Shown: in pieces, positions 52,638 to 64,000 of the stretch
Position numbering within the stretch: the stretch's first letter is position 1
Layout of the letters: every line of letters starts with the position of its first letter
Assembly (NCBI GenBank): GCA_964016885.1
Contig: OZ024745.1
Coordinates: 45,880,001-45,944,000, forward strand
Reading direction: 5' to 3'
Length of the DNA: 64,000 bases
Source of the DNA: Eledone cirrhosa
Lineage: Eukaryota
Position numbers and translations under genes: made by a program
The notes under the pieces: model-generated
Told to the model about the DNA's origin: nothing
Seen by the model: only the letters and a program-made list of their open reading frames with translations
Database searches by the model: none

Positions 52638-53219
52638 GAAAATAAGATTAATAATGGTTTCTGATTCAGGCATAACGCCAACAATTTGGGGCGAGGAGGA
52701 AGTTGATTAAATCGACCCAATATTTAACTGGTATTTTATTAACTCGGATCATGCTTGCAATAACAACAATAATTAATAACCCACTCACTATACTATAATG
52801 CATTCCACACAATAACAACAACTCATAAAACTCGTATTCTCAATTAAATCGTCATTGGTACCCAAGTGTAACATTATTTCTCTGCACTAATTTATAAACA
52901 ACGCTTCAGAATATTGTTTTATGCGATTATAGAACATTTACAAAATAATAATTTTATTCTTGTAAAACAGAGTGGGTGTATATACAAAATGTATTATCCC
53001 AAATTATTAGAGGCTGTCATTTAACATATTTTACAAGCAAACATAAATTTTCAACATATTTTTTTAATAACGCATAAAAGAATATGGTCTCCAGTAAAGT
53101 ACTAGTAGATTACATATTGATTTACAGGCTCGCCATTAGTCTTTTGGTAAAGTACAAGAACAAACTAAGGCGGCGAATTTGAATATTCTATATCTAATAT
53201 GCAGGTTTATGTGTACTCC

Positions 53220-53537
53220 CAAGCGGCGAACTGACAGCGTCGTTAGAACGTCGGCTTGAATGCTTTAAGGTATTCGTTTCGGCTCTCTGAGTTCAAACCC
53301 CTCCGAGATCAACTTTATCTTTCAACCCTTCAAGATTGATAAAAGAAATACTAGTCTAGTACTGACGTCGATTCTTCCTTTATATCTCTTTTTTACTTCC
53401 TTTCTTTCATCCTTTATCCTTCTCTGGTGGAAGAAATCTGCTGTGTTCAGACCTGAAGATTAGAAGGTTTTAAAATGCCTCCAAAATTCCGTATGTCAGT
53501 ACGGCGCTCCTATGACTCCATCAGAAGTTACTGGTCC
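53220..53537 (+). mobile_element. Old SINE family A copy with the alternative tail
   Basis: gagttcaaaccc B box; tail homologous to 24075-24255. Confidence 0.6.
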
Positions 53538-53597
53538 ATACATATATAGTACAAACTATTCCATAAAATATTGTTCAATGAGATGATTAGCTATTGA

Positions 53598-53985
53598 GAT
53601 AATTCTTTCTAGCATTAGAACAAGGCCTACAATTTTAGGGAAAGGTAAAGTCGATTTATTGACCCCGGAAGAATGAATGGCAAAGTTGACTTCGGTGGCA
53701 TTTCAATTCAGAACATTCAAAAATCGTAACTAAACACAGCAAAGCATTTTCACCCGACACATTACCGATACTGTCAATACACCGCAAAGTAATAATTTCT
53801 GATGTAGGTACAAAGCCAGTAATCCATGGGGAAGGGAAAATCAATTATATTGTTTCAATACTTAACTGGTACTCAGAAGGGTGAATGTTGGTGTTAGCAG
53901 TATTTAAACTCAAAACGTAAAGACCCAGAACAAATGTTGCTAAGCAGTTATCTGATGCTCTAACGATTCTGCCAATCCACAGAAG
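53598..53985 (-). mobile_element. Two degenerate tandem SINE family A copies
   Basis: acaaggcc..aaagtcgat..gaatggcaaagttgacttcgg..; ctctaacgattctgccaatccac. Confidence 0.6.
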
Positions 53986-54064
53986 AATAAGTTTATACCA
54001 AAGATATACGGTACAACTGACAAACTTCCTATAAGTGAAATAGTATTGTATGATTTGAATATAT

Positions 54065-54520
54065 ACAATACGAATCTGCCATGTGCTTGGACTGATTACA
54101 AGAAGGCTGCTGCTTCAGACTTTCATAACTGGTTCATTAAAATACTGAAAGTTCACAAATGTCATACCTCCATGGGGAACTTCTTGAAAAAACAAAACAG
54201 AAGAAGCAAACCGTTCTGAAACCCTTGAACATCATCATAACTGTATTCAGTCTCACTGAAATATTTACTTGCCAACAATTCATATATTCTTCATTTCACT
54301 CTATGCTTGATACCTTTCAGCTGCATGATTAAGGGAAGAGGATATGTGATAATATATAAAAAGAGGTGAATCAAGTTCAATGATCCTTTCTATCTCATCG
54401 ATAACTAAAATTTAAATGCAGAAATGGTGCCTAGCTTAAGCCTCATTTTCAATGTAAAACAGCTCATCGAAACTTCAAATTACTTCCAACAGACTTTAAA
54501 AAGGCCCTTGTACAGACAAA
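54065..54520 (+). pseudogene. Highly decayed R4/Dong-like RT fragment
   Basis: NLPCAWTDYKKAA..HNWFIKIL (cf. NLSMAWIDYKKAYD..HSWI); LCLIPFS; DPFYLIDN. Confidence 0.45.
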
Positions 54521-54654
54521 TTCTACACTTGGCATGGCAATCAACGGAGGTGAAATACAACAATGTTCGGACATTTCTGCTTGCTTTAGGTATTTGGATG
54601 TAATAGAGTATGAAATGGTATATATGAAAGCTGCTTGAATGGGAATAGTGGACG

Positions 54655-54992
54655 GAGTGTGAGTGTGGCTAATGGGTAAGATGTTCGCTTCGTAATCCTT
54701 AGGTAGAGGGTTCAATTCCACTACGTAGCATCTCGGACAAGTGTCATTTACTATAACCCTATGAGTGAAATTGAGTGGAAGGAAACTGTTTGGAAACTTG
54801 TCGAATAGATTCTTTCTATTATTCAAAGGATGAACCATGTCACACACACTGTGTCGTGCTGAATGTCTCCGAGAATTATGTTAAGGCTACACGTATCAAT
54901 GGAATGTTCAATCATATACACGTTTAGTTCATGAGTGGTCTGTTCAATTGACCGAATAGCTGGAACACTCACCGTTGAAACCAACGGAGGTG
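54655..54992 (+). mobile_element. CORE-type SINE, degenerate (tail type 1)
   Basis: tggctaatggg..gggttcaattcc..ggacaagtgtc; tail ttcaaagg..gagaattatgttaaggctacacgt. Confidence 0.6.
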
Positions 54993-55364
54993 TGTTTTAT
55001 TCTATTCAGAATGAGAATAATTTATCAGATTAAATAAATACTAAAATATCTTTTAAGCAGTAAAATCAACTTGAATTCACACAACACATTTCCATGGCTC
55101 TCCATAACATATCATTTTCTGTTGCTCTACTGTAATTGAGACATTAAGAAAAGTTTCGAAAAGATTTACACAGAACATAATTAATACATCCAGCGATTGA
55201 ACAATCCAATAAGAGAATGAGGTAAGGAACAATTTAATATCATAGAACTGTTTTATATGATTGTTGGTAATGTTGCTCATTATTTTTCAAAATCACACAA
55301 AAGAAACATGTTATTGTTGTTGTATAATTCCATGTCAGCTCTGTTAGAACAGACATGGTGGAAG

Positions 55365-55395
<31 letters not shown>

Positions 55396-57139
55396 TTCTC
55401 GCTATGAACGTCTCTTCTTGTCTCCTGATAGAATTCGTCTAGAACTACATTACAAATGTGTGCTCTATTTGAAATATGATGGAATATGTTTTAAATGTGT
55501 TTGTTATTTCTATTGAGTAGACTGATCGTATAGAACTTCCCATGGGCATGTCTTATCCGAGCTGTCATGTCTATATTACTTATCACAAACACGTGGTATA
55601 CTTCTGTATTTCTTCCAGAACAAGGATTTTTAGATATTATCCTTAACTCTAAGCCTGAAATTCCTCCAGCAGAGTCTGCTCAACCTACTGTTGTCGATTC
55701 CCAATGCAAATGTTGGCTATTTTTGCTAGTCGCCTACATTAACACCTTTTTTATATAATGTAAGAGCTGTTGTCGTTGTAATCACCAAGTAACACCAACG
55801 GACGTTGTTGCTGTGAATCCCTAACAAAATTGCAGATAATTATTTCTAAATTCGATCAAGTCCACACTTTTGTAGGGATGGGTAACTATTGATTGAATGG
55901 AAATCACTCCGTTATTGGTACTCAACTTATAAACGCCGAAGGGATGAAAGCCACTGTTGACTTTAGACTCCGAACGTAAAGGTACATAACTAAATAGACA
56001 AAATATTTTGAAGGTATATATAACTCTTTTCTTGAACGTTCAAACGCATACAGAACAGACCCAATAACCCTTCACAATATAGTTGATAAACAATGTCATA
56101 ATAATGTAAAGAAAATAGATACTAAAGCAGAAGACTATACTTGTCATAGTAATCACATAAAATGACTTTTCGATTCTACCATCCATAAATTCCAGACGAA
56201 AACAATAGACATCACAAGGAAATTACTACATATTCAATAATATAGAGAAAAAATGACGACTACATGCACAAAAACACTTTTATGTGCATATACAGAAATA
56301 TTGGTTTCAAATTTGCAGGAAGGAAGGGGTGTAATTTGTTATGTCGACTCCAATATTTCACTGGTATTTATTTCATCAATCTGAAATTAGGAAAGATGAT
56401 GCTGATCACGGCAAAACGTGAAATTTCAACGTAAATACCGAATGACATTTTGTCCACGACTCTACTAATTCTACCATGTTATGTCCCATATAGATGTATT
56501 ACAGTATAGTATTAAATATACTAACAATAACAAAACATACAAAACCGATACTAATATTACAAACCAGTAACAGTTAAATTGTTTCTAACATTATTAATTG
56601 TTTCTAGCATAATAGTTTCTACTAGCATCAAACGTAAATAAATAGTTAAGGATCAGGTAACTAATCGATTGGAATAATACGACTGAAGCCAGAAACTGGG
56701 GAGAACTAAAGTAATAATCAACAATGTTTCACTAAATACAGCGACAATTTCGTATCGGAGATTACAGAAGTGATAGAAAATGTCTCCAAATGTTACGGGA
56801 ATATATTTTGTTACAACTACATTGCAAAGAGAAACATTGTTGAGTATAAAATCTTTGTAGCTAAAGAGTCTGACAGGTCAAGAGTCATGAGTAACTTTGG
56901 AAAAAGAACTAATTATGTGTTATAATTTAGTATTTAAACTGGTCCTAATGTATTATTGATACTTGTTTCTTCGGCCTGAGAGATAACGCAGCGATTATTG
57001 ACACCAAAATAATAAGGTACATAAATCCAATATCGTGAAGAACTTAAGGGTTCCAATAGTAATATCGCCGTCAACAAAATAACATATCCCCATTTCTGTA
57101 CTGTCTTCACGGATTTTCACTGACTTGGTTCATTTATTA

Positions 57140-57289
57140 CTTCTGAAGAAATACATCTCTCACTATGTATGATAGGTGTAATATATAAGTATTCTTCCTT
57201 ATGTTTGTATTCATATTATTAATATTTGTTTTATTATGTCTATCCTGTCTATGTATTATACTGAGAGATGTGATGAAACAATTGTAAAG
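57140..57289 (+). ncRNA. Hammerhead-like motif with an expanded (~125-nt) stem II
   Basis: ctt CTGAAGA (57143-57149); ACATCTCTCA (57153-57162) / TGAGAGATGT (57262-57271); GAAA CAATTG TA aag; (TA)n starts ~40 nt downstream. Confidence 0.55.
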
Positions 57290-57369
57290 AATTAAATGTT
57301 TTAAGAATCTCTCATCTCAATTTGTTGTATATATCTATATCTATATATATATATATACATATGTATATA

Positions 57370-57432
<63 letters not shown>

Positions 57433-58249
57433 AACATAGACTTCTACACGTGGTGAATCATAAGTTGCCATATTTAGGCATTTCCAAGGGGAGATAACAA
57501 ATATATTAAACTTTAATTCAAGGACAGTGTGGAAGGAGAGGAGGTTAATCTTTTAAAGAGATTCACAGTATTTTATTGCGATTTATTTTCTCGACCTCAG
57601 AGAGATGAAAGTCATAAGTCAATAGAAGCAGTCGTATTTAAAACTTATAACACTCAAAGGCAATTGGACCGACACATGACTATTCTTGCCATGCCTTAAT
57701 CACAAATCAATATATGATTACTATAAAGTCCTATATAGAGAGCTCCTTACATTATTGTTGTCGGTGTTGTCATTTAGCCTCAAGTGACCCTGATCGAGCA
57801 GAGCTATGATTAAACATATTCCAACCGTACACCATCCCGTCATTTAGCAGTGTGCACAACTACATTATTTACTGTGTCATTGTTCCTTATTTCAAGTATT
57901 AGGGTGTGGGTTGACGGAGATATGGCTGCTATTTCCAGCAGGGTGGACAACTGTGAAGAGGCTACTTCGTTTGTTCATTGACCCTTATTTCAGAGAAATT
58001 TAGAAATGGGACATTTGCATTCATACTTTTGAAGAAAACATTATATAATCAATAATAAAAATACAACGGTAATAATATAAATAATATAAGTAGTATAAAT
58101 AACAAAAGCTGTAATAACATCAACAATACCCCGGAATGAATAAACCTAACCACAGAAAAATCAACATTATTAATTATAGCTACAAATAATCATTTCTATA
58201 ATGCAAATAAATATTATATCGCCATTTATATTATCATTAATCGGGTGTA

Positions 58250-58552
58250 TGCAGGATGGACAAAAGTTTAAGAACTTCATTTTGCAATCATTAGGTCCCG
58301 GGTTCAATCCCTCTGCGTGGCATCTTAAACAAGTGTCATTTACCATAGCCTCGGATCGACCCAAGCCTGGTGAGACAAGTTAGGTATTGGGAAACTGTTT
58401 TCGAAGCCAGTTGGATGGATTGTATCTGCAATTCAATAGGCTAGCCACTGATTTTCCTTAAGAATTACGTTAAGGGTACCCGGGTTTGTGGAATGTTAGC
58501 CACTTACACGTTAATTTATGAACAGTCTGTTCCGTCGAAATTGGCGGAGTTC
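58250..58552 (+). mobile_element. CORE-type SINE, degenerate (tail type 1)
   Basis: gggttcaatcc; cttaaacaagtgtc; agaattacgttaagggtacc. Confidence 0.6.
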
Positions 58553-59409
58553 CATTCAATTATTAGTGGTGAGTGAGCTATATATTTTCTAGTACCGGTC
58601 ATATACTGCAGTCTGTTCAAACAAATAACTTTCACCTATGAATTTGTGGGCATTTGCCAATCGGATGTGTTTTGTTAACTCTAGGTCGGTTCAACCTTGC
58701 ACTAGCAAGCTTATGATGAAAGGCGTGTCTGTTGTGACTATGTCTCTTTGTGTATCCCAGCTAGGTTTTTTTAAGCCGGTAGGTTATGATTTGTGGGTTA
58801 TTTGGTTACTGTGTATTGAAGGTCACGCGACCACGAAGACGCTCTTATATTTATTATTGGCTGCAGTCATGGGAGATTATATTCTCAGCGAACGGAATCT
58901 ACTGAGTACTTTCCATTATCAACTGCAACCAAATTAACATATGCCACTCATAGTATTTGTAAAACAGACCAATACAAACAATTTCTATACAATCATACAG
59001 TTCCGTATCAATGTAAAAAAAAAGAATGTTTATTGTTAAGGTACTGATATTAGCTTTTAACACGACCATCTGGCCATTGGGTGCCGTTTGCCGAGTACAT
59101 ACTTTTGCAAATATTCAGGCCAGCTATCTGTTTTGGGTATAACTTCATCCCACAGGACTCAGAGCCCTAAAACGTCGTTCACCTGACTAAGCCACAAGAG
59201 AAATAAATTGATACAATTCTTCAACATAACTAGGGTCACCTGATTAATAATGATGATGATATTTATTATGGATGAAAGACAAAAAAACATTTTGGAAAAA
59301 GGTGGACAAAAATATTCGATAATATCGCAAGGTACTTGACAAGAGCCTGTTAAATCGATCCCAGACAAATAGAAGACAAAGTCGGCCGATGTGAACTCAG
59401 AAGATGGTA

Positions 59410-64000
<4,591 letters not shown>

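Overview
AT-rich, microsatellite-saturated eukaryotic non-coding DNA. The SINE families and repeat landscape point to a mollusc, most likely an octopus/cephalopod (inference). No intact host gene is supported, and almost all ORFs in the track are microsatellite translations. Recognisable content: a 5'-truncated, inactivated Tx1/L1-clade LINE inside a (TAGG)n tract; remnants of CRE-, R4/Dong-, RTE- and CR1/L2-like LINEs; more than 30 copies of two tRNA-derived SINE superfamilies; small DNA-transposon MITEs; minisatellites; and a 5S rRNA pseudogene. The stand-out signal is a set of self-cleaving-ribozyme elements. At 15936-17999 a near-perfect 310-bp unit is repeated about 6.6 times in two divergent arms inside a (TA)n tract, and each full unit carries a minimal type-I hammerhead ribozyme at the tip of a long hairpin, which fits a non-LTR retrozyme (candidate circular RNA). 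Several other hammerhead-bearing or fold-back fragments of Penelope-like character also sit in (TA)n tracts (15.4-15.9, 18.1-18.4, 26.2-26.4, 39.5, 43.8, 50.9 and 57.1-57.3 kb). All assignments were made by eye; coordinates of degenerate elements are approximate.
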